Below are positions 1-13,400 of a stretch of DNA of 64,000 nucleotides, piece by piece. The translations under genes were made by a program, and so were the position numbers. The stretch covers positions 5,828,001-5,892,000 of the forward strand of contig CATNEN010000039.1 of NCBI GenBank assembly GCA_950097015.1. Direction: 5' to 3'. Under the pieces are notes generated by a model, which was not told the DNA's origin, did not search any database, and was given only the letters and a program-made list of their open reading frames with translations. The stretch's first letter is position 1. Each line of letters opens with the position of its first letter. This DNA is from Macrostomum hystrix. Its lineage: Eukaryota; Animalia; Platyhelminthes.

Positions 1-653
1 TGTCTCCTACCAACAGTAGTCCCTAAACATCTAAATGTCTAGCCTAAAAGCTCTAAAAGAAGAAGTTGATCATCTAAGAAATGCCTTTCCCAAGAGCCAT
101 CGTATATTTGTTGTTTCTTCAGCTAACCTGGATGAACTGAATTGCAAATTCTTTTTTAAATCTCAGTCATTTGAAGTAACTGCAACAATTATGGTAAGCT
201 TTTAACATTTTTCTCTTTATTAAGCTTAGGCCCACAGGCACTGTTGAACATTTATATCTAACTAGGACAGAGATTACTTTGTTGTAAGGCATGGTATTAG
301 AAATACAATTTTTTTTTATAAAATTCTTTATAAAAGAAAAAAGAACTTTTTGAATAAAATTAGGCTTCTTCGTAACCTAGCATTCTAATTCTTTTTCTAT
401 TGCTAGGCCCCTAACTTAGCTTACTAGTGACTTAGACTTGTGGACACTTTGTCATCTATAAAACAAAAGTTTTCAAAGTTAGAACAGAACCACCCCTCCC
501 CACCCCACCCCACCCCACCCCACCCCTCCTCACATCGTGTTGGCACCTATCTTTCAACTCTTATAATGAAATCAGTTTTGACACCTCTTTTTGACAATTT
601 AGAGTGTGAAGTGTGTTCACACCTCTGCCCCACCATCCCACCCTCACTTTATT

Positions 654-840
654 GATGACAAACTTGATTGCTTGTTATTAGTAGATGACAAACTGACCAA
701 ACGTTAAAGCATGCCAATTGGCTGGATGACAAAGTATCCTACCTTCCAAGTAGATGAGAAGTAGTAGATCCAAAGTTGTAGGCCTAAGATGACAAACTTG
801 TAAAATGACAAAGTTTTAAGATGACAAAGTTCTAGGATCC
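654..840. repeat. Degenerate cluster of (G)ATGACAAA motifs, possibly one arm of a Mutator/foldback-type TIR
   Basis: ATGACAAA recurs about 6 times in 190 bp, ending in GGATCC; a reverse-complement copy (ctttgtcatc) lies near 447. Confidence 0.3.
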
Positions 841-1287
841 CAAATGTGGGTGGTTATGACAATATGTAGAGTCTAATGAGGGCTAATGAGTAAGAGGACA
901 TATGAAGACACCTCAATGTCTTCAGACGCCTACAATGGGAACTCCTAATTCTTCATGTTTAGGGCTTAAGCCCTTTAGAAATTTCAATGCCATATGCAAA
1001 TTATGGGATAGAGTATACTATAGTCTATTGACTGTTGGTAGGTAATGTAAAGATTTCACAGGATTTATAACAAAGGTATTTCTTTAGACTGGCTGCAGTC
1101 TCCCTGACTTTGCAAATCCAGTACTACATTGGTCATCATTGGCTTCCATTTTTTATTTTTTTAAAGACATAGTGACATAATTCTCTCCTTAATTTGCAAC
1201 TTAAGTCTTTTTTGCATGTCCAAGTCCAAGCCCACATGAGCAACCTCAACTCAGGGGAAATAATTCACTCTGTGCTATGGTGACATA

Positions 1288-1631
1288 GGTCCCAGGTCAT
1301 TTTGGTGACAAGATATTTCGGTGACATCGTTTTGGTGACAAAATGGGTCAGTTTGGTGACAACTATTCTTGCACCTGAATATGCTTAGGAAACAGCCTTC
1401 CAGTTCCATGTGCTTAGAAAACAGCCTTCCATGTGAACTACGCACACCTATTATGTATTATTAAATAATGATGAATAATAATGATTAGTTCACATGGAAG
1501 GCTGTTTCCTAAGCATATTCAGGTGCAAGAATAGTTGTCACCAAACTGACCAATTCTGTCACCGAAACGACTTGAGTTGTCACCGAAATGACTGTCACCG
1601 AAATGTCTTGTCACCGAAATGACCTGGGACC
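1288..1631. mobile_element. Foldback/Mutator-like MITE with ~150 bp TIRs containing GTCACC(G/A)AA subrepeats
   Basis: 1288-1440 is the reverse complement of 1486-1631 (GGTCCCAGGTC...GACCTGGGACC), with a short AT-rich spacer; flanks gtgacata (1280-1287) and gtgacaca (1632-1639) form an 8-bp TSD with 1 mismatch. Confidence 0.8.
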
Positions 1632-3130
1632 GTGACACACACAGCAATGACACCAAGTTTAGTAGGGGTACAAATAAGTCCCACTTGTCAAATGATGGCA
1701 TGCCAAAGCATCTCACAGATAAGCACCCTGATTTTTATATGCAAATTGTTTTATCTGCTCTGTTTACAACTTGTCTCTTGTACAAACATTTTTTATATTA
1801 ACTTTTCTATATTCTTATTCTTTCTTCTCTTCTCTTTTCATTTTTTTCTTCCCTTCTGTCTTTTTCTGTCTCTCTCATTCCTTGTCCTTCTTTTCTTTTT
1901 GTACCTTGGTCTCCCCTTTCAGTTAATTTTTTGACTCACTTTGCTTGGCCCTCATTTCACCTGGCTGATTTTGCTGGTTTGGCAGGTACTGCACACCTGG
2001 TATATCATAAAAATATATTGTTTTGTATAGTAAGTCATGCAAAGTAAAAAATGTTACTAGTAACAAACTTTATTCCTTTAAAAAAGAAAGAAATTTTGTC
2101 ATTCATATATTATATCACATTACTATAAAATGAAATTTTGCATCCAAATCTAATTTCAATGTTTTTTTTCACAGTGTGGCATCATATTTTATAGGAAATA
2201 CAACAATAAGAAAAGCAAAGTTATCAATAAAGAGCAACTAAATGACATACAAAAATAGAAGAAAAAGTTTATTTGTTGTTTGCAACAATGTTTGATAACT
2301 AGAACCAGACGTTTTAAACTATATGTTTTCTAATGCAGTGCGTACTACCATATATGCGCAACCTCCCAAATCCTAGCTGGCTGTGCGACTTAGTTTTTGC
2401 TCTCCTTTGCGACTTAGTTCATTTCATTGCTCTATTTAAGACTTAGTTTGCTCTCATTTGCTCTCTTTTTCTCTCCCCCTTTTCCTTTTCTTCACACCTC
2501 CCTTTTTTGTCCCTTGGTCCCCCCTTTGATTTTTTTGCGCTTGGTCGATTGGTTTTTGCAACTTACCTTGCTTAGCCCTCGTTTCACCCGGCCGGCCCGG
2601 CCAGGTCGGCCATGTGTTGCGCATGTATGTGTACTACTATGCTTACTGTATTAATAATTTAGAGACAGCTACAGTGCTACTTATGCTAAACTAAACTAAT
2701 ATTAGCTAAACTAAGATAAACTAAGCGATATAAAATCGGTTTATAATGCCAGCTCACTAATGTAGAACATGCAGGTGCCTTCCAGTCAAATTATGTTATA
2801 AAAAATATATATATGGTGTTTTATAGAGTGGTTAAAAAATGAAACAAATTTACTAATGCAATGATGTATGAGAGTTGTTATAACTAAAATGTATTTATAC
2901 TTTTTATAAAAGCTATAATACTATAAATACTATTTGTGTAAATGTGGTTACACAAATTAGTTTTTTACTTAGTCCAACAAAGCAAGTAATAACAAAGCAA
3001 TTTATTCATTTTCGGGCCTATATAAGTACAAGTATTGATCTTGTACTTATAAGATAATAAGTGTACTTAAGTACTATTCTTGTACTTAAAAGAGAATTGG
3101 CTTGCATTGAAACCAACCTCCTACTCGCAG

Positions 3131-5428
3131 GAGAACTACCCCAGGGTGGCGCCACTCTGGTTCTCAGACTCGGACAATCAGCAGGTGACCTCCGCGCTGT
3201 CAGACCTACAAGACAGTCCGGCCATTGTTGCCGGCTGTCGCGGCCTTCTCCTACTGCAGGCCTGCCACCTGGTGGAGTCTCTGTGCCGCACCTTCGGCAT
3301 GCCAGTGCCATCTGAGGTTCCAGTCTTGAGACACGCCGCGTCTGTCTTCGCGGAGGCCGCCGCGGTAGCTGCAGCCGCAGCCGGCGCCATGGCCATGTCG
3401 GACGAAGAGGACACCGGCTTCGAGGACTTCGATGACGATCAGCAGGTAAAAATGAACTTGTAGTTGTTTATTCGACACTGGGTGAGTGGCAGAGCAGTAA
3501 CGCGTTGCCTCTCGCGCCAGGGTCCCTGAGTTCGATTTCGCGGTGAGGCAACCTTCATTTAGGGCGCAGCCACGGAGAGAAGGCTTGGGGGCTTGTCGTG
3601 AGGGGCAGGACGTCAGGACGCCCTGGGAGCCAACCTCCAAGGCACAATTAAGAATTTATACTGCCTGACGATGAGAAAGTTAGTGCAGATTTACACACCT
3701 GTGTGAGTGTGTGCCTGCTACAGTATCTGTGTACAGCACATTTGTGCTCAGTAATCAGCTAGTGTCACCAAATGAAAGCAATAATTTAATATATATTCCT
3801 AGATTCGAAAAGTTTGATGGGGATTAGAAACTCGGGGCAAATGTAAATCCTCTGAGTGGCAACGTACAAAAGCAGGCCCACACTCGAACCAAAGGTCCCT
3901 GAGCTCGAATCCGCTCCAAGGCCATATTAATTGATGGCGCAGCCACGGAGACAAGCTTGTGGGTCTGTCATGGATGCCTGTGACAGCTAGTTTCCAAGCC
4001 AGCTTAAAGATAATTTGTTTTATTCATCACTTGTGAACTTCCTCAGGTTGCTCCGTCCGGCTCGGACTCTGGCTACGGATCTGTAGCTTCCGCCTCCACC
4101 GCTGGCGCCTCCACCGCTGCCGGCGACGCTGCCAGTTTAGCCGACGACTGCGGAAATCCCGTGCCAGCCGAGTTTGCTGGCATCGAGTCTCGGGCACACA
4201 TTGAGCAGCTGCGGCGCCTCCGCTCTGCACAGCGGGACATGTACCGCTCGGTGTCCATGCCAAGCGGCGGTGCCCAGTCGCCAGCCGCCAGCGCCGCTTC
4301 AGCCGCCGCGTCGGCGACTCCGTCGCCAACTCCAGGCGCGTCTGTGCAGGCGACAGACCGGCTGATGAAGGAGCTGAAGGAGTTGTACAAGTAAGCTAGC
4401 AGCTGGGGTCAAAGGGCTCTAATCAATTATCATCCTGTCGTTTAAAGAGGTCAATGCCCTTTAATCAACCTGTTGTATAGGGGAGTCAATGCCCTTTAAT
4501 CAACCTGTTGTATAGGGGAGTCAATGTCCTTTAATCAACCTGTTGTATAGGGGAGTCAATGCCCTTTAATCGACCTGTTGTATAGGGGAGTCAATGCCCT
4601 TTAATCAACATGTAGTATAGGGGAGTCAATGCCCTTTAATCAACCTGTTGTATAGGGGAGTCAATGTCCTTTAATCAACCTGTTGTATAGGGGAGTCAAT
4701 GCCCTTTAATCAACCTGTGTTATAGGGGAGTCAATGTCCTTTAATCAACCTGTTGTATAGGGGAGTCAATGCCCTTTAATCGACCTGTTGTATAGGGGAG
4801 TCAATGTCCTTTAATCAACCTGTTGTATAGGGGAGTCAATGCCCTTTAATCAACCTGGTGTTCAGGGAGTCAATGCCCTTTAATCAACCTGGTGTTCAGG
4901 GTCGCATTGAATCCCCTTGTCCAATCCACGCCTGCCAGATCGAAGGACCTCAAAGCCGGCAGATTCTCTGTGGAGCTGGTAAATGACAGCCTGTACGAAT
5001 GGCAGGTCAAGCTGTACCAAGTGGACCCAGATAGCCCGCTGCAGCGCGACATTGAACAGCTCACACGCCAGCAGCAGCAGCAGCAGCAGCCAGGCTGCAT
5101 CACTCTGGGCTTTTATTTTAAGGACACTTTCCCTTACGAGCCGCCTTTCGTGCGCGTCATCTCGCCTGTGCTCACGAACGGCTACGTGCTGCAGGGCGGC
5201 GCCATCTGCATGGAGGTGCTGACCAAGCAGGGCTGGTCATCTGCCTACAGCATCGAGCCGCTGGTCATGCAGATCTGCGCCTCGCTGGTCAAAGGCAAGG
5301 CCAGGGTTGATTTCGAAACCAGCAGCCGGTCCGCCTACACAATGGCCAAGGCGCAGCACAGTTACCGGGCTCTGGTCAGCATTCACGAGAAGAAGGGCTG
5401 GTACACGCCACCTAAGGCCGACGGCTAG
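3131..5428 (+). CDS. UBE2Q: Ubiquitin-conjugating enzyme E2 Q family (5' exons not found); exons 3131-3445, 4047-4390, 4939-5428
   Basis: Phase-consistent GT-AG junctions; motifs [35 protein letters not shown] and active-site [21 protein letters not shown]; C-terminus [11 protein letters not shown]. Confidence 0.93.
3480..3790 (+). mobile_element. tRNA-derived SINE, family A (internally deleted)
   Basis: A box TGGCAGAGCAGT and B box GAGTTCGATTTC; body gcgcagccacggagagaaggctt shared with the copy at 48124-48486. Confidence 0.8.
3853..3965 (+). mobile_element. SINE family A, 5' fragment
   Basis: gtccctgagctcgaatccgc and ggcgcagccacggaga match family A. Confidence 0.65.
4449..4900. repeat. 36-bp minisatellite (gggagtcaatgccctttaatcaacctgttgtatagg) filling most of a UBE2Q intron
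   Basis: About 12 tandem copies visible. Confidence 0.95.
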
Positions 5429-5639
5429 AAGCTTCTTGTCTGTGATCTGTGACCTTTATCGTTATCGAGTGTACGAAGCTGTCTACGGACAAATTGTTCT
5501 TTCAGTTCATACTTAATTCTACTTTTTCTTAAGTACAACTCTCTTGTGTTATTTTGACGTCCCTTGAGTAGTTTTAACCTCCCTGAGTCATATTGAACCT
5601 AACCAGGGGACCTCTTGTGGGTCATTATGACGTCTACTG

Positions 5640-5790
5640 AATCATTTTGGTATTCATTGGGTAGTCTGACGTCTTCGTGTCTTTTCACCTCCCCTGGGTC
5701 ATTTTGACCTCGTCTGGGTCATTGTGACCTCGTCTGGGTCATTGTGACCTACCATGGGTGATTGTAACCTCTCCTGGGTCCTTTTGATCT
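5640..5790. repeat. Degenerate 20-bp tandem repeat (gggtcattgtgacctcgtct)
   Basis: Several imperfect copies in the UBE2Q 3' region. Confidence 0.6.
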
Positions 5791-6689
5791 CAGCTACTTA
5801 GCAGTGAAAAAAGCAATTAATTCTCTTTGTAGCAAACTTTAGCGCTGAACTTAGTATCCTGCTACAGTAGTCACTTACAGTAAGTATAATGTCATTCTAA
5901 TGTTGTTTCACGTAACTAACAAGCTAAAGAACAGACACACAAAAATTTGCTGGCTTTCTTGAAGTGCAATGAACAGCAAGAATAGCTGGTTTGATAAACA
6001 AATATATAAAAACATCAATAAAGATTTTACTGTGGTCATGTGCAACTATTGTGCATTTGTTTTTCTGTGCGAGTGTACATGCCCGTGTGCCCTTAAAACC
6101 AAACATTTCCCTCCCTGTACGCTCAGATCAGATCTTCAATTGAGAGCCCATCTCGCTGTGCGCGTTGCATACTACTGCTTGGCCTGCTGGTCAGTAGCGA
6201 GTATCGCTCTTCTCTCTATATTTTTTCTTAACTTTGAGTTGGGCCCTTATTCTGTGTTTTTTATCGCATCTCTTCTTCGAGTCTTATTCGCTGTCCACAA
6301 GTCTGTTTTAATTTGCGTTTCTCTGTGTACTTTTATTTTATCCCAGCCTTTTGTAAAAATATGATTTAACTGAATTTAATTTGTTTATTTACGCTGAAAA
6401 ATGTATGGCAACTTTTTGTACATAGATTTAACAATGTCAAGCTCAGAAAAGAAAAACTTTTCTAGTACAAGAAAATATAAAATAAAGAAAAATAAATAGA
6501 ATTTGACTCGCGTAGTGCGCCCTGTTTGCTCGGGATATCCTTGGAACTTGAATATTCGACTGGACTAATCGTTACATATATAAAATAGACATTTTAGCTG
6601 CAAGGTTATGTGTTGCAGTCTTTGTTCAGGTCTTTATACTTTTCTCCGGGGCTTTTTGACTGAGAATGTATTTCATTCCCATAGATTTC

Positions 6690-7288
6690 CTAATCCCACA
6701 GCATTATATTCCCTAATCCCACTGCATTAGATTCCCTAATCCACAGTCTTAAAATCACTAATCTCACAGCATTATATTCCCTAATCCCACTGCATTATAT
6801 TCCCTAATCCACAGTCTTAAAATCACTAATCTCACAGCATTATATTCTCTAATCCCACTGCATTATATTCCCTAATCCCACTGCATTATATTCCCTAATC
6901 CACAGTCTTAAAATCACTAATCTCACAGCATTCGATTCCCTAATCCCACTGCATTATATTCCCTAATCCACAGTCTTAAAATCACTAATCCCACAGCATT
7001 CGATTCCCTAATCCCATTGCATTATACTCCCTAATCCACAGTCTTAAAATCACTAATCTCACAGCATTATATTCCCTAATCCCACTGCATTATATTCCCT
7101 AATCCACAGTCTTAAAATCACTAATCTCACAGCATTCGATTCCCTAATCCACAGTCTTATAATCACTAATCTCACAGCATTATATTCCCTAATCCACAGT
7201 CTTAAAATCACAAATCTCACAGCATTACATTCCCTAATCCACAGTCTTATAATCACTAATCTCACAGCATTAGATTCCCTAATCCCAA
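6690..7288. repeat. ~22-23-bp minisatellite with two alternating variants (cacagcattatattccctaatcc / cacagtcttaaaatcactaatct)
   Basis: Tandem copies visible. Confidence 0.92.
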
Positions 7289-7451
7289 ATACAATAGATT
7301 CCTTCACCCCAAAGCTAAAAACTGCCTCCATTATAGTAACGTGCTTCATATTAATAGTCGATAACGCATTCGCGTCAGCTAATGGCATCTAGATTCTCGT
7401 GTACTGCCTCTACTACATCCGTTGTCGAGTTTTCACTCAGAGAATCGGCAT

Positions 7452-10400
7452 TCAAGCGTGGTGGATCTCCGTCAGGGCCACCGACGTCAGTGAGGTTGGT
7501 CTGGGTAGCAGCGGAGACTTCTTCACTGTATTGTCACAATCTGCAATAGCGTTATAGGACAGGGTTGGGAAAAAGTCTGTATTTATGTCTACAGGCATTA
7601 GACAGGCCTCTCAATACCGGTTAGACACGGCCTGTCAATAACTGTTAGACACGGCCTGTCAATACCGGTTAGACACAGCCTGTCAAAACCTGTTAGACAC
7701 GGCCTGTCAATTACCTGTCTAAGACACTGCCTGTTTTGTTAGACATTGGCTGCTAGTACCTATAATAATAACTGCAGGAGGGCTGCGGGCAATGTTGCAT
7801 CATTTGGTGACTCTAGACCCGCAGCCAGCGAGTAGGCGATTCTGTCTATTCCGCTGACTCCTAAGCACACACGGATACTGTACGCAGGCACACACTCACA
7901 CAGGTTCATGTGTACATCTGCCCTGACTTTCTCATAGTCAGACAGAGTGCACTCTCACTGTGCCTTGGAGGTTGCACACTGTCTAACGTAAATTGCACGA
8001 CAAGCCCAAATGAATGTGGCCTCGCCGTGGATTCGAGCTCAGGGACCTTGGTGCAAGAGCCGAACATGAAAACGTTCTGCCACTCACTCCCCGAGGGTGC
8101 TAATTCCTATAGGCTTCGATTCCTGTTTAACTGTAGTCACAGTAGTTACCAACCTGTCGTTTCGACGCGCATGATGCTAGCTGGCGCTGCCTGTTCCACA
8201 ATTAAGGCTGCAGTCTCATCCGCTATTGAGGCTTGGACTCGGACAGGAGCGGTGGGCTCACACTGATCTGGATTCGAACCAACGGACGCTGTGCCAGAGT
8301 CGCAGGACAGTTGGGAGTGGCGCTGCTGCACTGGAACAGTTATTACTCGTGTTTGCTTGAAGAAGCCAATGGAGTATATAACTACGCTAGTCGACACACA
8401 AATCAGCCTAACAAATTATCAAATCCAGACTTTGCAATGATAGCCTTTTTTGGTTTCGTTAAAAAATTATTAGACGACAAATAGCATCCAGATTATTTTA
8501 TCCTTGGTCCACAACACCCCATTCTCAGAAATCTCCGAAATATCCCCATCCTACGAAGCAACCTAATCCTTTTAAGAGTAGATTCTCAGAAATTTCCCTA
8601 TTCTCCGAAAATCCCAGTTTTCCAAGAAAAGCCGATTTTTTAAATAAAAAATACCAATTTTTCTTTAAAAAATCACTTATTTAAAAAATCCCTCATTTTC
8701 TCGAAAAAACCTGTCATTTTTTTACAAAAAGTCCAATTTTTTCAAACAGTTCTTTTTCCAAAAATCCCTTCTCTAAAAAATATATTTTTTTCCCGAAAAA
8801 TCACATTTTTTTAAACAAAAAATTACTTTTTTTGTTCAATACAAAATCATAATTTTTTTACAAAATTATTTTTCCGGGAAATCCTTACTTTCCGAAATAT
8901 CCCCATTATCCGAAATCTCAGCATTGTAACACAAATAAAATATATGGGCCTCGTAATAAATTTGGAACGACTTTTGCAATAAAATGCCATCGAACTTTTT
9001 CTTAAACGCATTTTAAAATTAAAAACACTAATGCTGTCCTGTTTCTAAATCTCGAATCTCTAAACCAATTTCATGCACAGATTAACATTTTTCCGCAGAC
9101 AAAAGCAGATCGAGTATCAAAGCAGCTGCCTGGCCTTTAATGACGGAACTGCCTTGCACTCAATTTACTTTGGGGAAGACAGCACATGCGACCTGCCCGT
9201 ACAGTGAGCAACTTTGGCTGAAACCAGAGTCCACTGCCTCAGCCATCCCCTGATTCTCCACTGCCTTAGCCATCCCCTGATTCTCCACTGCCTCAGCCAT
9301 CCCCTGATTCTCCAGTGCCTCAGCCATCCCCTGATTCTCCACTGCCTCAGCCTCCCCTGATTATTCAGTGCCTCAGCCATCCCCTGATTCTTCAGTGCCT
9401 CAGCCATCCCCTGATTCTTCAGTGCCTCAGACATCCCCTGATTCTCCAGTGCCTCAGCCATCCCCTGATTCTTCAGTGCCTCAGCCATCCCCTGATTCTT
9501 CAGTGCCTCAGCCATCCCCTGATTCTCCAGTGCCTCAGCCATCCCCTGATTCTCCACTGCCTCATCCATCCCCTGATTCTCCAGTGCCTCAGCCATCCCC
9601 TGATTCTTCAGTGCCTCAGCCATCCCCTGATTCTCCACTGCCTCATCCATCCCCTGATTCTCCAGTGCCTCAGCCATCCCCTGATTCTTCAGTGCCTCAG
9701 CCATCCCCTGATTCTTCAGTGCCTCAGCCATCCCCTGATTCTTCAGTGCCTCAGCCATCCCCTGATTCTCCACTGCCTCATCCATCCCCTGATTCTCCAC
9801 TGCCTCATCCATCCCCTGATTCTCCAGTGCCTCAGCCATCCCCTGATTCTCCACTGCCTCATCCATCCCCTGATTCTTCAGTGCCTCAGCCATCCCCTGA
9901 TTCTTCAGTGCCTCAGCCATCCCCTGATTCTCCAGTGCCTCAGCCATCCCCTGATTCTTCAGTGCCTCAGCCATCCCCTGATTCTCCACTGCCTCAGCCA
10001 TCCCCTGATTCTTCAGTGCCTCAGCCATCCCCTGATTCTTCAGTGCTTCAGCCATCCCCTGATTCTCCAGTGCCTCAGCCATCCCCTGATTCTTCAGTGC
10101 CTCAGCCATCCCCTGATTCTTCAGTGCCTCAGCCATCCCCTGATTCTTCAGTGCCTCAGACATCCCCTGATTCTTCAGTGCCTCAGCCATCCCCTGATTC
10201 TTCAGTGCCTCAGCCATCCCCTGATTCTCCTTTGTCTTAGCCATGAGGCACTTTTGGTGATTGTCGTCAGTGCCGTCAGTGCTGATTAAGTGCTGTCTTC
10301 AAATATAGTTATTATTTTCATAGTGCATATTAATTTTGCCAGTCATTGGGCATTGCAGTAGGGCAGATCAGGTTTCTCATTATTTCACACGGAAACAATG

Positions 10401-13400
10401 CACCGATGGCCCATCTGATTAGCGCCCTGCCTAGCTTGGCCAGGTGAAATCACTGCCACAATCACCATATCGCGACTTGATCAGATCAAACGGCAATGAC
10501 GGCTGCGAAATTGCGATTTAGAAAATTCGGTATTCAGTATTTCTCTCCGTTCTTCAGAGTCTCATTGTCCTATAAGACTCTCATATTGCCACTGCAGAAA
10601 TTTCTAACCATTTTTAAAGCAGCAGGGCAAAATAAATACCAGTGTGACCGATACGAAAATGACGGTATAGAGAGTGAAATAATAGAGAGTAATATATTAG
10701 AGAGTGACATATTGGTTTGCAACTTCTATTTCAAACTAACTTCAATTTCGCCCGTGAGACCGGCCTGCTCAAGTTAGGGTAAATCAATTTCACAAAAAGT
10801 AACTTACAAAAAGTTACTAATCGGGTACACACGAGCACCCCCCCGCGGGCGAAATTGAAGTTACCAATTGGGTACACACGAGCACCCCCCCGCGGGCGAA
10901 ATTGAAGTTACCAATTGGGTACACACGAGCACCCCCCCGCGGGCGAAATTGAAGTTACCAATTGGGTACACACGAGCACCCCCCCGCGGGCGAAATTGAA
11001 GTTACCAATTGGGTACACACGAGCACCCCCGCGGACGAAACTGAAGTTACTCAGTTTGAAATAGATGTTGAAAACTAATAATAGAGAGTGACATAGTAGA
11101 GAGTGACATATTAGAGAGTGACATATTAGAGAGTGACATAATACAGAGTGACATAGTAGAGAGTGACGTAATAGAGAGGTACATAATAGAGAGTGACATA
11201 ATACAGAGTGACATAGTAGAGAGTGACATAATAGAGAGTGACATAGAGGAGAGTGACTGTGCTCAGTGCTTACACTGCTTCATTCTCAGCCGACGTCGCG
11301 ACCTGTTAGCCACCTGGATTAGCGACCTCAGGTCTAGGCACTCCTTCTCCTTGTTCCGCAGCTCCGTCAGCAGCCGCTTCTGCCGCTCCAGACCGAAGGA
11401 GGCCAGGCGGTGCTGCTTGTCCAGCAGGCGAGCCAGCTGGCGGCGCTCTGACCTGCTCAGGCCTGCCCAAGAGGAGAACAACAGCGGGCAGATTGACATC
11501 CGTACTCAAAATCACTGCCCCTGTCACTCTTCGAATCGAATCTATCACTCTTCATATTTCCCCTGATACTCTTTAGACAGAATAAAGGTTTGACTTTGGA
11601 GTCGGCTGGGGGTTGCAGCCTAGGGGTTAGAGCGTCGGACTCAGGACTTGAAGGTCGAGGGTTCGATTCCAGACTCCACTAAAACAATTCCTGTCTTTAA
11701 GTAAGACTCTTAACTCTGCACTGCTTCCGTTCACCCAGTTGTTAAATGAGTACCAGCATTAATTGGCTGGGGTAATTGAGGGAGGGTGTGGCGTCCCCCC
11801 AGTCAATGGCTGCGGCTGTGCCGTCGGCTGAATCAAAATATCAGATTGATTCCCAGCAATGGCCAACGCTCACCGCCAGCTAGTTGAAGCACTCTGAGCA
11901 GTCTCAGCCCGATGCCGAATGCCATCAGGTCCCTGACGAGCGGATTCACGGGGGCAAAGTGAAGCGACAAGTTCAAGCAGCAGCTGACCACCGAGGTCAG
12001 GGCGTCCACGGCCTGAGTCGGTCAAGCAGACGAGTTTTCAAAAGTCAGAAAGATTCAGAATTTAAAAAAGCAAATTTAACCTATTTTTTGTGATTTCTTA
12101 AATTTTCATACGTCTTGTTACACCCAAAATTTTTTTCTGTAATTTCTAGGAAATCATGAACTCTTAGAAATTAATAGTTTTAAGAAACCTTCAATCCTAG
12201 TTAATCTTGGTTTCGTGGAATATTTCAATTCGAGGAAACCATCAATTCCAGGAAACCATCAATTCCAGGAAACCATCAATTCCAGGAAACCATCAATTCC
12301 AGGAAACCATCAATTCCAGGAAACCATCAATTCCAGGAAACCATCAATTCCAGGAAACTATATATTCCAGGAAACCATCAATTCCAGGAAACTATATATT
12401 CCAGGAAACCATCAATTCCAGGAAACCGTGAGTTCTAAAAACAACAGTTTTCGGGGGAGAAAATTATTTTTTTTCTGTGAATTTTAAGAACTGAAAATTC
12501 GAAGGAACAGATAATTTTAGGGAAATGGAATATTTCGCTTGTAGAAAACTTGAATCCTAGGAAACTAATTGGAATCAGATTTAAATGTCTAGTTATTACT
12601 CATAGATTCTAAGAAATCATAAGTTCTTGAATATAAAAAATTGTAGAAACGAAAACACTTCAGAATACCCTAACGTTGAAGGACTGCAAAGGTGCACGAA
12701 AATATTCGAGCGAAGTCAAAAACTAAATCTAAGAATATTTCAACCCAGCTTACTTCAATTGGAGTGAATTTTAGTCGAATCTTGTTTCTACTGGATCGGG
12801 CCACGCGATAGACGGTCTGAAAGAAAAAGAAGTGAAAATGTATATCAACATTTTTGCATTTTTGCTGTGTTCGCCTTACTCAACATGATGCTCGAAGCCC
12901 TGACTCAACATGATGCTCGAAGCCCTGACTCAACATGATGCTCGAAGCCCTGACTCAACATGATGCTCGAAGCCCTGACTCAACATGATGCTCGAAGCCC
13001 TGACTCAACATGATGCTCGAAGCCCTGACTCAACATGATGCTCGAAGCCCTGACTCAACATGATGCTCGAAGCCCTGACTCAACATGATGCTCGAAGCCC
13101 TGACTCACCTCCAAGACAAATGCAACAGAGAAGGCCATGACTGCATGAAACATTTGCGATCGATGCGGATCTGAAAGTGTAAGCTTTTGTTTAACTTGAT
13201 TCGAATTATTTTAATTTATTAATTTGTGTGTTTAACTTTCTATTGTGTCTTCCTTCACTATTGTTTACTTTCTAAGTTTCCAGTGTCTAGTATTTGGGTT
13301 TCCAGTGTCTAGTATTTGGGTTTCCAGTGTCTGGTATTTGGGTTTCCAGTGTCTAGTATTTGGGTTTCCAGTGTCTAGTATTTGGCTTTCCAGTGTCTGG

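Noticed and set aside
10823-11048. CRISPR-like appearance of regular 47-bp and 25-bp repeats
   Set aside because: Head-to-tail repeats without unique spacers, no cas genes, eukaryotic context
11610-11680. Possible tRNA genes at SINE heads (also 16497, 18650, 34440)
   Set aside because: Imperfect cloverleaf continuing directly into SINE body sequence
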